Assembly (NCBI RefSeq): GCF_947568905.1
Contig: NC_079171.1
Location: forward strand, 4,712,001-4,776,000
Direction: 5' to 3'
Source of the DNA: Ostrea edulis
Taxonomy: Eukaryota
Length of the DNA: 64,000 bases
A program made the translations under genes and the position numbers. The stretch's first letter is position 1; each line of letters opens with the position of its first letter. The notes beneath the pieces were generated by a model that was not told where the DNA came from, did no database searches, and saw only the letters and a list, made by a program, of their open reading frames with translations. This document shows, in pieces, positions 48,970 to 59,280 of this stretch.

Positions 48970-49268
48970 TCGCGTAAGATCCGATCAATGTCACTCATCT
49001 GGTCTGGAAGGTTCTGTTTCAATTCCTCAGCATACAAATAAATCATGAGTAAACGTCCCGTATTGGTATTCTCCGCTAATGAATCAGCAATCCGTTGAAA
49101 ACTATGTACATTTCTGACCTCCGGTGACATCTGTTGTACAAATTGACGAGCATTTTGAATGAGAGGGTCATGTAAGGCCACGTTCATACATTGTAGTACA
49201 TAGCTATATCCATTCATTCTCGTAGTAGCACTGCCGCCCATAGTGAATAACGAACGTTCAGAAAACAC
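48909..49268 (-). CDS. Bcl-2-like helical paralog 1 with the clearest BH1-like motif
   Basis: FQRIADSLAENTNTGRLLMIYLY resembles BH1 (F..V..ELF.DG.NWGRIV.FF). Confidence 0.6.
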   Translation of the reverse strand: MFSERSLFTMGGSATTRMNGYSYVLQCMNVALHDPLIQNARQFVQQMSPEVRNVHSFQRIADSLAENTNTGRLLMIYLYAEELKQNLPDQMSDIDRILRDCLQKGFVELIRMKGMAALL

Positions 49269-49378
49269 CTGTATTTATAGGTAAAGGTTATGCATCACGT
49301 GATCAAGCACCTGCACCGCGTGATCAAGCACCTGTACGTCAGCTGGTTTCTACAGTCATTCTTGTCTGACCTTCAGTC

Positions 49379-49639
49379 ATGGATACACGGAGAGTTTTAA
49401 GAGCGAGACGCCGCCGCCAGGGAATACAACAAGTGGAGAATTTAACCATAGTAGAAGATTATGTAGACGAGATGGAGATCTGGGACAATTTAGTACAGAG
49501 ATGTCGCCATCGATTACGCTGGGGCCGATCTAAAAATTGGTGTTTTGACTATGTATTGCGGTCACATGAAACAGTGGAGGATATTTGGCTGCGTTTAAGT
49601 GACATGTACCTGAAAAATTCCCCCTCATACAGTACATGA
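49379..49639 (+). CDS. Hypothetical small protein
   Basis: ATG start; coupled to the next ORF by an ATGA overlap. Confidence 0.5.
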   Translation: MDTRRVLRARRRRQGIQQVENLTIVEDYVDEMEIWDNLVQRCRHRLRWGRSKNWCFDYVLRSHETVEDIWLRLSDMYLKNSPSYST

Positions 49640-49884
49640 TTTACCAGTTTTACACGTTATTGAACGGCACTCAAAAAGTATCGGGATTTATTCGACTGGA
49701 GAAACCACGTCACCGGAGAAGTGTATGGGTATTGTTTTGGGATGCAGACTGGATGTGGGAAACCGTCGAAGAGATACGTTTCCCCGGGAGAAGAGCTCGA
49801 CAATTAGTACAGCACATTATATCCGAAGATCATGACTTACACGTGTATATAGAAGAACCTGCGTATGAAGCCGGCCATTTTTAA
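49636..49884 (+). CDS. Hypothetical small protein
   Basis: ATGA overlap; followed by AATAAA and a degenerate histone-like stem-loop (49904-49919). Confidence 0.5.
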   Translation: MIYQFYTLLNGTQKVSGFIRLEKPRHRRSVWVLFWDADWMWETVEEIRFPGRRARQLVQHIISEDHDLHVYIEEPAYEAGHF

Positions 49885-50193
49885 AAATAAAAACTTCATG
49901 CACAGCCCTTTTTAGGCCTACTTTAAACACCAATATAAGTTCCATTCCACTAAAGTCAATGTGTACCAATGTGCACTAGCACGCGCTGGTCGCGAGAAAC
50001 CGGCTTTTCAAGTTCAATTAGTGCACTAGCACGCGCTGGTCGCGCGATGTTCTAAATGAAACCGGTTTTTCCAGAAAAAGATGGTGCAACCACGTGCTCC
50101 CCACGAGACAGAATAGTCTAGACATTTTGCTGGCTATAAAAGCGGAGCCCCAGTGTCAGTCCTCATTCGATCTTCAATCACCTTCCAGAAGAC

Positions 50194-51093
50194 ATGGCTC
50201 AGAAACAAGTAGAATTTGTGGACAAAGCTCAGAAGAAAATAGATCAGCTGGTACAGAAGCAGATGGGACCACAGAAAGACTACATTGAACTGAAGAAAGC
50301 TAAGAGTGACGATCAGAAGACTGAACTGGGGAAGACCTCGAACTTCTTGCTCAAGTCTCCAGACTACATTGCTCGACAAGAGAAGATGCCCCAGACCTCG
50401 AACCAGACCACGAGCTTCAATCTCACGCCTTCAGACTACATTGCTCGACAAGAGAAGATGGCCCAGACCTCGGATTACCTCCCTAGCCAGAATCCGACAG
50501 ACCCGGGATTAGGCTTCTATTTTCCCGATTCACAGGACGCTACGGGACTGGAACTGGGCCTCTACAACGCTCAGAATGACCCTCCGACCATGAACAAAGA
50601 AGACTTTGCGATCATTACCACGACACTAGACGGGATCGTTAACCGCATTAATGTGCTGAGTAATGAGATTGGAAATCATACCACAGTCCTACTGAAGAAG
50701 CTGGAAGAGCTGACTTCTAAAAAACCTAGGAAGGAATACACTCCAGATTACGCTGCTAACCCGTGCTACACGTGTGGAGAAACAGGACATTGGTCGCCGG
50801 ATTGCCCACAGAAAACAGATTATCCGCAGACCAGTAAGAAATCGAGGTCAGCAGATTCTCAACAGACCAGCAAGAAAACCAAACAAAAGGATCCTTGCTA
50901 CAAATGCGGAAAAATAGGACACTGGATTAGTGAGTGTCCAGAAGAACAACTGGAGATAGATGCGATGATTGGGCCCGTACCTGGCTCAAAACCCCCTGTG
51001 AAGAGAGAATACAAACCGTTAGAGATGTGGAATCCGCCCGCACCTACTGAAGAACCGCCAAAAAAGAAGAAGAAGAAACTCAGCAGAAAGTAA
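50194..51093 (+). CDS. Coiled-coil protein with two CCHC zinc knuckles and a C-terminal poly-Lys NLS
   Basis: CYTCGETGHWSPDC and CYKCGKIGHWISEC; duplicated DYIARQEKM; TATAAAA at about 50135 and AATAAA at about 51184. Confidence 0.75.
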   Translation: MAQKQVEFVDKAQKKIDQLVQKQMGPQKDYIELKKAKSDDQKTELGKTSNFLLKSPDYIARQEKMPQTSNQTTSFNLTPSDYIARQEKMAQTSDYLPSQNPTDPGLGFYFPDSQDATGLELGLYNAQNDPPTMNKEDFAIITTTLDGIVNRINVLSNEIGNHTTVLLKKLEELTSKKPRKEYTPDYAANPCYTCGETGHWSPDCPQKTDYPQTSKKSRSADSQQTSKKTKQKDPCYKCGKIGHWISECPEEQLEIDAMIGPVPGSKPPVKREYKPLEMWNPPAPTEEPPKKKKKKLSRK

Positions 51094-51419
51094 TGGACTG
51101 TGCTTGAACTGTTATGCTTATTGAACTGTTTTTATGCTTATTGAACTGTTTTGCATTGTTCTATGCTTGTACCATTGTTCTTTAATAAACATGTCAACTT
51201 AAAACCTTGTGTTATTCTTTAGATTTAATACACAGGAATACATAGAAATACACAGGATTTCATACCGATTTTCAGAAAATAGCTCCAGGAACTCACCCTT
51301 TTCCAGGAACTCAAAGCGAAAGTAGCGCATAATAGAGCTAAAATTACACCAGCGGCAATAGCCCAGCCTATTAACCCGACCTACAACCCCTGCTGGGGTC
51401 CGCAAGTTGACCCCGTCCT

Positions 51420-51541
51420 AGATATTGAACCACTCATCGACCCCCGACACCGCTTGACCAATCAAAAGCCGCCCTTGCTTGACCTCATTTGCATAAAAAG
51501 TGCACTCAGTTGAACTCCCTATCGGGAGGGCTTATACTACT
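51420..51541 (-). promoter_or_regulatory. Maverick terminal repeat / putative replication origin
   Basis: AGTAGT terminus; hairpin ctccc-tatc-gggag; octamer ATTTGCAT at 51487-51494; CCAAT at about 51459. Confidence 0.65.
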
Positions 51542-52271
51542 CCCGTTTCTTTTTATCTTACAATTTACATGACTAAAGCGTTAAACTTATTGTATGTGCT
51601 TCTGAAACAAAAGTATTAAAGTTCAGTGTGTTCATGCTCCCTGGTCCCTCTACATACAATGCACATGCAAGATGTACACTAAATGTAGTATTATCTGCCT
51701 AAAGCAGGGGTGTCATTGGATGCCATCCAACTCTTTGTTGCCAGGATTAGAACATTTTCTTTATCTAAGGTACAGATGTACATGATACTGAATAATGAAG
51801 TGTACATGTCAATACCATTGTACCTATATATAACAATTGCCAAGAAGAAAATAAAATTATTGATTTATATTTTATAACGACAATGAGGATACATGAGCAG
51901 ATCCAGCACAATAGCTTTATTAAGAATTATTTAGGGAGAGGGCTAAAATAGACTGTTTGCTGCCTGATCCCATTCACTGATTTCTGAATAAAATATTGTT
52001 TAAATAAAAATAATAAGCTACATAACCAAATAAAGAGATTATGCTGGACCTGATAAGGGAATAATTATAGTACACACAATGATACAGAATGTGTTGTGAA
52101 AGTCATCACAGGGTGTGATGTCATTTTAGTGCATACAATCAGATGAAAAACCGCACACCGTCACTTTGAACAAAGGCAAGCTTCTGAATTAATGATAAAG
52201 GATGTGTTTGAGAAATGAACTAGTTGGTTGGGTGGTTTTATTCTAATTTGGTCCAAACATCTTCTACTTAC

Positions 52272-52765
52272 CATTTCTCTATAATATGGCATTCATCAAC
52301 AACAACGGCTACCACTCTTGAGGAAAATTGCTCATCCGACAGTAGTTCGTGTCCCGTTTTTGTATTAAAGAGGGCCTCTGGATGACACATAACAATTGAA
52401 AAGTCCCCTTTCTTCACTCTTTCCACATCGACGTCACACTCTGCTACTAAATCTTCATCTGTAGTGTCTTCCACCTTGGACGCAATATCAAGTCTACAGG
52501 CACTGATTCCATGAATTTTCAATATATGAATTTGATCCTTTTGAATAATATTCAATGGTGAAATTGTCAAACAAACGGGAGTCTCCTTGCCTTCACCAAG
52601 AACTTGTGGAAGTAGGTGATATATTAGGCTTTTGCCGTAACCGACAGGCAAACTTACCAACAGATCGCCTTTCTTGTCGCGTAAATACTCGAAAGCTTGT
52701 CTCTGACAGTCTCTCAACACGATGTTCTTGTCGTAATCTTTCACGATTGAATCTAATGTTGACAT
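52272..52765 (-). pseudogene. RecQ-type SF2 helicase first exon (AcademH-like); downstream exons missing
   Basis: LRDCQ, LPVGYGKSL (motif I), ISPL, HPEAL and VVVDECH (DExH); GT donor at 52271. Confidence 0.85.
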
Positions 52766-53215
52766 TTTGTCGGATGAATAAATAAACCAAATAACACAGA
52801 CTAGGAAAATGTTTCGCAAACATATAGTTCCTATAAATATAGCGTTTTAAAAATGTTTGTCGCCTAAAATAAAACCATATTTATGTCAGAAATAAAAATA
52901 TATTACAAAAGTATTAATATAAAATCTTCGATGCAAAATCTAGGCTATATTGACATATTACAGAAATCTTGTAAAACCTGAGACGTTTACAGAGATTGTG
53001 AGCACTGTAAGGATCGACAACTCTGTATGAGAGATTGAGATCGTTAGCCAAAGACACAAATCCAGGGCGACTAATCATGATTTATCTGTATGCCGAGGAG
53101 CTCAAGAAAATCATCCCCAATCAAACCCGCGACATTGCGATCATTCTACAAGAAAGTTTACAAGAGGGGTTCATGGAGATGATGCGTTTTAACTAGTTTT
53201 CTTCATTAACAAATC

Positions 53216-53542
53216 ATGGGTGAAAGTGAAAACATCTCAGAAAAAGCGCATAAGCATGCATTAAAATGCATCGAGAAAATGCAAGACGATGGGGTGTTTC
53301 AAGCTGTTAAAAATTATCTGATATCGGGAGTGTTTCCAATTACCCTAGACGAATATATAGATCTACGGAACCATGGGTACAAGGACCTCTATAACGATGC
53401 AGGATTGATGTTAATTCAAATCGTGGGGGAGGAATTCAAGAAACGCATTCCAGAAAAAACCACCGAGATTGAAAGTATCACAAGCGACTGGCTTCGAGAA
53501 GTGTACATAAAGTGTAAAGAACTTAAATCATTTCATTTATGA
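53216..53542 (+). CDS. Bcl-2-like paralog 3, copy 2
   Basis: Strong similarity to 48095..48487. Confidence 0.6.
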   Translation: MGESENISEKAHKHALKCIEKMQDDGVFQAVKNYLISGVFPITLDEYIDLRNHGYKDLYNDAGLMLIQIVGEEFKKRIPEKTTEIESITSDWLREVYIKCKELKSFHL

Positions 53543-53853
53543 AATCATGGCTGAGAGGGACAACACAGAAAAAAATATTCGTCGGCAAGTGTATTGAGGA
53601 GGTTGAAAACTTACCAGGATTTCAATTTGTGAAATCCTATCTTCGTTCGGAAATATTTCCAATCACTTTAGACGAATATTCATGGATATGCAACCATCTA
53701 ATCGAGAACCCTATCGGCACCTCGGCCTTGGTTTTGATTCATTTAATAGCCGAGGAATTAAAGAGAACGATGCCAGACCAAACACCCCAGATCGAGACCC
53801 TCCGAGCGCAGTATCTTCACGACATGTACATCAAAATACGAGAAAATGCGTAA
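53539..53853 (+). CDS. Bcl-2-like paralog 4, copy 2
   Basis: Strong similarity to 47785..48123; ATGA overlap with the previous ORF. Confidence 0.6.
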   Translation: MKSWLRGTTQKKIFVGKCIEEVENLPGFQFVKSYLRSEIFPITLDEYSWICNHLIENPIGTSALVLIHLIAEELKRTMPDQTPQIETLRAQYLHDMYIKIRENA

Positions 53854-54014
53854 CCTTTAATCTGGACAACAATGAAGTGTATCTGTTACCCGAAGAAGAT
53901 CGAAAAAGTATCTGGATGACTGTAGCCGCCGATCAATATCGATTCCAAAGAAGAATTCAGAGTGTGGAGAACATTTTAAAACCTATCTTAGAAAAACTTT
54001 TTATTTCTTTATAA
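53682..54014 (+). CDS. PPP1R15/ICP34.5-like adaptor, copy 2
   Basis: RKCVTF and RKSIWMTVAADQYRFQRRI. Confidence 0.82.
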   Translation: MDMQPSNREPYRHLGLGFDSFNSRGIKENDARPNTPDRDPPSAVSSRHVHQNTRKCVTFNLDNNEVYLLPEEDRKSIWMTVAADQYRFQRRIQSVENILKPILEKLFISL

Positions 54015-55114
54015 GTGACATGAATAAAACATTGTTGTATGTGGCGTGAATAAAAATGTTTAAAATACATGGATTGTGTTTGTCGACTCTCTCAGAGGAA
54101 GGGTTTATTTTATTACTCAGGAGAAAAATCCTAAAAGTGGATTGACAATCAGTTAGAATAAGACGTTTTCTACTGTATTACAGGTTATTTTACTGTATTA
54201 CAGGTTATTGGACATTTTTATAGTTGTGCATGTCCGAGAAATAAATACTTTAAAGGGACTGGTTCACGAAAGAAATGTTTTTCGATTTTGATGTTAAAAA
54301 TTAAAAATATACTTCATTTAATATTGACAACCAAAATTTGGACCGTCTGAATGCAAGGATAAGAGCAATATTTTAGCTTTGATTCTCTGTTAGGTAAACA
54401 AAGACTCGAGTCTTTTTATGTAAACAAACAGATCAGTGAAACGTTAATTTTGTAATTCAAAGTATGTTCATTTTGTACAATCACAAATTTTAACTTTTAA
54501 ATGACACATTTTACCTTAAGTATACTTGAGATGTGGTATATTCAATATCCATTTATTTTGAAAACCCCGTAAACAATAACACACCCCAATCTTTGTTTTC
54601 AAAACAAATAATAAACTCTCTATAATGAGCTTATGTCATGAGGAATAACCTTAATTTTTTTGTGAATCCTTCTAAACATATTAGACTGTAGATTTTGATC
54701 ATTTAAAGTGAAAAAGAAAATTTGAAGAAAAATCGTGAATCAGTCCCTTTAAGTGTCTGTGTTAGTGGATTTCACCTCGACTCGTGCTCTTTGATCTCTC
54801 TTTCATTGAAGACTATGCCCCGTAGCAAAATAAAACTAAGCTTAACGAATTCAGCGTCTCAGAATCTATCAAATAAAACCCTCAATTCAGAGAAATCGAA
54901 TGTGTAGAAAAAGAAAATGCGAAAAAACTCTCTTCACGAAAGCACAAATTAGCCATATTGACGGCAGCCATCTTGGCTTCGTCTCCGAAGCGAGGGATGT
55001 TTTCGAGGTCTGCGCTCTCTCGTTATATACCGACGCTCTCGCCAGTTCGCTTCACTGGTGATCCAGGAACTACAAGATTTATTTTGAGAAGATTCGAAGA
55101 ATTGAAGAACAACA

Positions 55115-55786
55115 ATGTCGACAACCAGTATGGTCTTTGCCACCTTACCGGGGATCAGATACCGGTTGCAGCTCGTTACCGAGCGGAACAATTGGTGGGG
55201 ACTGGGTAATCATGAGCACCCGGGAATTGGGGCAGTTTAGTCCTCTTGATAGGGCGGGGGCTATGGAGCTCGTCAATCAAGTGCGGCGCCGTTACGAGCG
55301 CCCTGGACGGGGTGCATCCGCTGTAGGACAGCGCGCATGTCCACCACCCCCAGTCAACAGACAGTCCATCGCAGCCCGGACCCTCGGAACAGCCCTCGCC
55401 ATCGATACTAGAGGGGTACTCGCCCTCACCGATGTCCCCGCAGCCGCCCACTAGCCCGAGAGCGAGTCTGGAAGAAGTGGTACCCCAAACACCCACACCC
55501 CCGTCAACCCCTGTGAGACCCCGGGCACAACGTCGCGGTGCCGTTCGTATCCTTCCACTACACCGGCATCAGCAGGACCACCGACAGAACACGAGACCGT
55601 CGTCCCGGGGTGGGCAGATCGATTACCATCGATCTGGTTCACCTGCCCCATCTGTCTGCAAGACTCCAAACACTCGCAGTTAAGAGTGCAGCCACTGTAA
55701 ACAACGGGCAGTGTTCTGCGAGTGTGGTCCAGCTGGAGGGAGGAAGATACAGCCGGTGCCCCCTCTGCAGATTCATCGGCGTGTAG
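55115..55786 (+). pseudogene. Pro-rich RING protein, copy 2, frameshifted
   Basis: TLPGIRYRL, FSPLDRAGA, WFTCPIC and RCPLCRF fall in different frames. Confidence 0.78.
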
Positions 55787-55809
55787 AAAGGCACAGCTAC
55801 AGAGCAAAA

Positions 55810-55850
55810 CCCCACGACCCTTTTAAGGGCCACCCACATCTTTGAAAAGA
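55810..55850 (+). terminator. Histone-type stem-loop (55816-55831, one mismatch) plus downstream element
   Basis: GACCCT-TTTA-AGGGCC-ACCCA then TTTGAAAAGA. Confidence 0.78.
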
Positions 55851-56184
55851 TGGTGTTTATCACAATGATTGAGAAACGTACACAAATTAACACCAGTAGC
55901 ACTTTATTTACTACCAAACACATGATTATGTTTTAATGACAATATACACTTGTTTATCATACCTACAAACAAAATCATGAATAAATTGTCTGTAATGACT
56001 CAAATTTCCTCCCGCTAAGCCACACAAATATATAAAATCTTAATTTAAAAACACAAAAACAAGGAATTATGATCAATACAATGAAATAAACACTCACGTT
56101 TTGTATAACAGACGGTATATACGATTTGGTAGACATTGTGGACGAGTCTGAAAGAATTTACGATAATAATATTTGTAAGTCTCC

Positions 56185-57700
56185 AGGAAGAGGTGTTTGC
56201 TGTAAGGGAATTCAGAAAAGGGGACTTTCTCCTTGAGTACAAGGGAAAGCTGTGCCGTAGTGACCCTGGCTACGGCACATACATGTTCCGAGTTCCAACT
56301 GAATGGGAAAGATTATTGGTATGTTTTGATTGTTACATTATGCTCAAGAGCCATAAAGACCGTCATGAGGAACAAAGACCAACTGGTATGCATATTTTTG
56401 TTTGGTATTTGCATAAACCGTAGCGAGGATTTTCTTTCATATGATTAATATCATATTGTTTTTGGCATTAGATGATAGAAGACAACCCAGCAGAAGAACG
56501 GGGTCCCCTTATCGAGGAGATAGATGAGGAGATAGATGAGGAGATAGACGAGGAGGAAGAGAATGTAATATGCATTTATTGATAGTTTCCCCCCAGTTCT
56601 GTGCATGTTACATTTCATCAGGGATGATTTTATACACAGTTCTGTGCATGTTACATTTCATCAGGGATGATTTTATACACAGTTCTGTGCATGTTACATT
56701 TCATCAGGGATGATTTTATACACAGTTCTGTGCATGTTACATTTCATCAGGGATGATTTTATACACAGTTCTGTGCATGTTACATTTCATCAGGGATGAT
56801 TTTATACACAGTTATGTGCATGTTACATTTCATCAGGGATGATTTTATACACAGTTATGTGCATGTTACATTTCATCAGGGATGATTTTATACACAGTTA
56901 TGTGCATGTTACATTTCATCAGGGATGATTTTATACACAGTTATGTGCATGTTACATTTCATCAGGGATGATTTTATACACAGTTATGTGTATGTTACAT
57001 TTCATCAGGGATGATTTTATACACAGTTATGTGCATGTTACATTTCATCAGGGATGATTTTATACACAGTTATGTGCATGTTACATTTCATCAGGGATGA
57101 TTTTATACACAGTTATGTGCATGTTACATTTCATCAGGGATGATTTTATACACAGTTATGTGCATGTTACATTTCATCAGGGATGATTTTATACACAGTT
57201 ATGTGCATGTTACATTTCATCAGGGATGATTTTATACACAGTTTTATTACATTTTCCAGCCGTCAATTTCAACATGCCAAACACCAAGCCATGGAAGACG
57301 GACGTTTACCGAGGGAGAGGGTGGCGTCATCGAAGCATTCTGCCAGTAAGGAATTTAGCATACATGTTGAAATAAAACTTGTCTTCAATGAATATGTCTA
57401 GTGTGCTGAGATTAACGCAACATCAATTTTTGTAGACGACTGCAGTCATAACACATCACAAGGTGGTGGACCGACTGTCCAGGACGGAGGAGGGGAGGGC
57501 CATAATCCACCGTTTGGAAGTGGCAGATCCAAGCGATTGGAGGAAGAGGCTAGCAGATCGGGTGAGGACTGCAAGGAGAAGGAGAAAGTAAGTGATAATG
57601 AAAATATTTGAAAATAATTGATTGATTTATTGCATTTAAAACAAATTTGTTATTTACTTTTCAGGTGAAGACCCGACTGCTAGTGGCTCTGTGGAGTGTT
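56185..57700 (+). pseudogene. Spliced gene remnant beginning with a SET-domain-like fragment
   Basis: VFAVREFRKGDFLLEYKG resembles the SET N-terminus; short acidic exons follow; no NHS motif found. Confidence 0.35.
56594..57243 (+). repeat. 43-bp minisatellite, about 15 copies
   Basis: cagtt(c/a)tgtgcatgttacatttcatcagggatgattttataca; early copies have c and later copies have a. Confidence 0.98.
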
Positions 57701-58005
57701 TATCTGGATCGGAAATGGTCCGCTCCGTTTCTTTCTAATTTGATAGGGCTAGGGGGAGTGTTTATCGGGGGCGGAAATGGTCCGCTCCGGGTTTTTTTTT
57801 TATTGTGATAGGGCGAGGAAGGAGTGTTTATCGGGGGCGGTAATGGTCCGCTCCGGGTTTTTTTTTTATTGTGATAGGGCGAGGAGGAGTGTGTATCGGG
57901 GGCGGTTGTTTATTGGGGGCGGAAATGGTCCGCTCCGTTGTGTTTTTTTTTAATTTGATAGGGCGAGGGGGAGTGTTTATCGGGGGCGGAAATGGTCCGC
58001 TCCGT
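57695..58005 (+). repeat. GC-rich about 60-bp repeat, about 5 copies
   Basis: ggagtgtttatcgggggcggaaatggtccgctccg reiterated with T-rich linkers. Confidence 0.85.
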
Positions 58006-58409
58006 TTTTTAAAAAAAATATTTTACATTCTTCAAATTTTGTACAGCTATTATGAAAGCATTGTAGATGTACATGTGTGTGATCAGACATTCTTTGAAAT
58101 ACTTGCCTGTGCATGATGTAGTTGAACTTCCATCACTTAAAATGTCATATTCCAGTAAATAATATAGTTAAATACATTGAGCAAATCTGATTTACTTTGT
58201 GATGTTTTATTTGAAACTGACAATATAAATACTCAATACAGAAGTCGATAGCATTAGAAATTTATCTTCAATGATTCATGATAATCTAGTTCTGTTTACT
58301 ATATCATTGAAAAATTACCTTTTACTTCTCTACTGGGTATATGTCAACAAGGCCATTATAACTTTGAGAAAATCTACATGATGAGAGAAAGAGAAGTAAA
58401 ACAATACAG

Positions 58410-59280
58410 CAAAAATTATTACGACTCTGTTAGTATAAACATGGCAGCTAGAAAGGGAGCGCGAAACATGACGAAATCTAGTTTTTGGATGTTACGAGTA
58501 CTTTCTTTTATTTCTTAAAGGAAGTTTGACAGAAAACCATTAAGTATGCATTATACCTACTGTTTGCAACCCATAGTTTGTCGAAAAAATAAATCGCGAC
58601 TACAGAAATAATAGATTTTCTAATAAAAACTTTGGACTTAACCATTTTCACAAAAGTGCTTGTTACAAAAGAGCACAGCTTAAATACAGATAGATATTGG
58701 GACTTCTTTAAATATGAGATCATTGCATTAAAGAAACATAAATTCGGCAACAAAAATTATTACGACTCTGTTCGTTAATATATGGCGGCCAAAAAGGGAG
58801 TGCGAAACAGGACGACCTCTCGTTTTTGGATGTTACACGAGTACTTTTTTTTTTTAAGGGATTTACACCGAAAACCATTAATTATTCATTAGAAGTATTG
58901 TTCGCACCCAATACTGTGTCGAAAAAATAAATCGCAACTGTGATAATGTCACGAGACTAATTTTGACATGTCTCAAATAGCTTCCTTTAACTTCTGTTGA
59001 AAATGTATTTTATTTTTTAAAGGAATTTAGACAGAAAACTATTACTTATTCTTTATTCGCATCCCCTTCTTTGTCGAAAAAATAAATCGCATCTGCGATG
59101 TCACTCGATTAGTTTCGACAAAAATTTATACCAGAAACTATTATTCATTCTTTGTTCGCATTTTTCACAACCCATAGTCTGTCGAAAAAATAAATCGCAC
59201 CTGCGATAATGTCCGAAAACTATTACTTATTCTTAATCGCATTGCTCGTTACCCCCTCTTTGTCGAAAAAATAAATCGTC
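58410..59280 (+). repeat. Duplicated blocks with recurrent TGTCGAAAAAATAAATCG motif (6 copies)
   Basis: 58410-58620 resembles 58750-58940; motif at about 58580, 58918, 59072, 59200 and 59261. Confidence 0.7.

Larger units (their letters stand above)
43155..51541 (+). mobile_element. Right half of a Maverick/Polinton (adintovirus-like) element
   Basis: Capsid and protease genes, compact intronless ORFs, and terminus ...CTTATACTACT (reverse complement AGTAGTATAAG). pPolB, integrase, ATPase and the left TIR are absent from the window. Confidence 0.85.
52975..55850 (+). mobile_element. Second, inverted and diverged Maverick accessory-region fragment
   Basis: Same gene order as 46200-49270, reversed: Bcl-2-like 1 (partial, about 53027-53195), 3, 4, PP1 adaptor, promoter block, RING, stem-loop. 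Confidence 0.85.

Noticed and set aside
46200-55850. Inverted islands as giant TIRs of one element
   Set aside because: They are too diverged, differ in gene content, and a Maverick terminus plus an Academ helicase lie between them.
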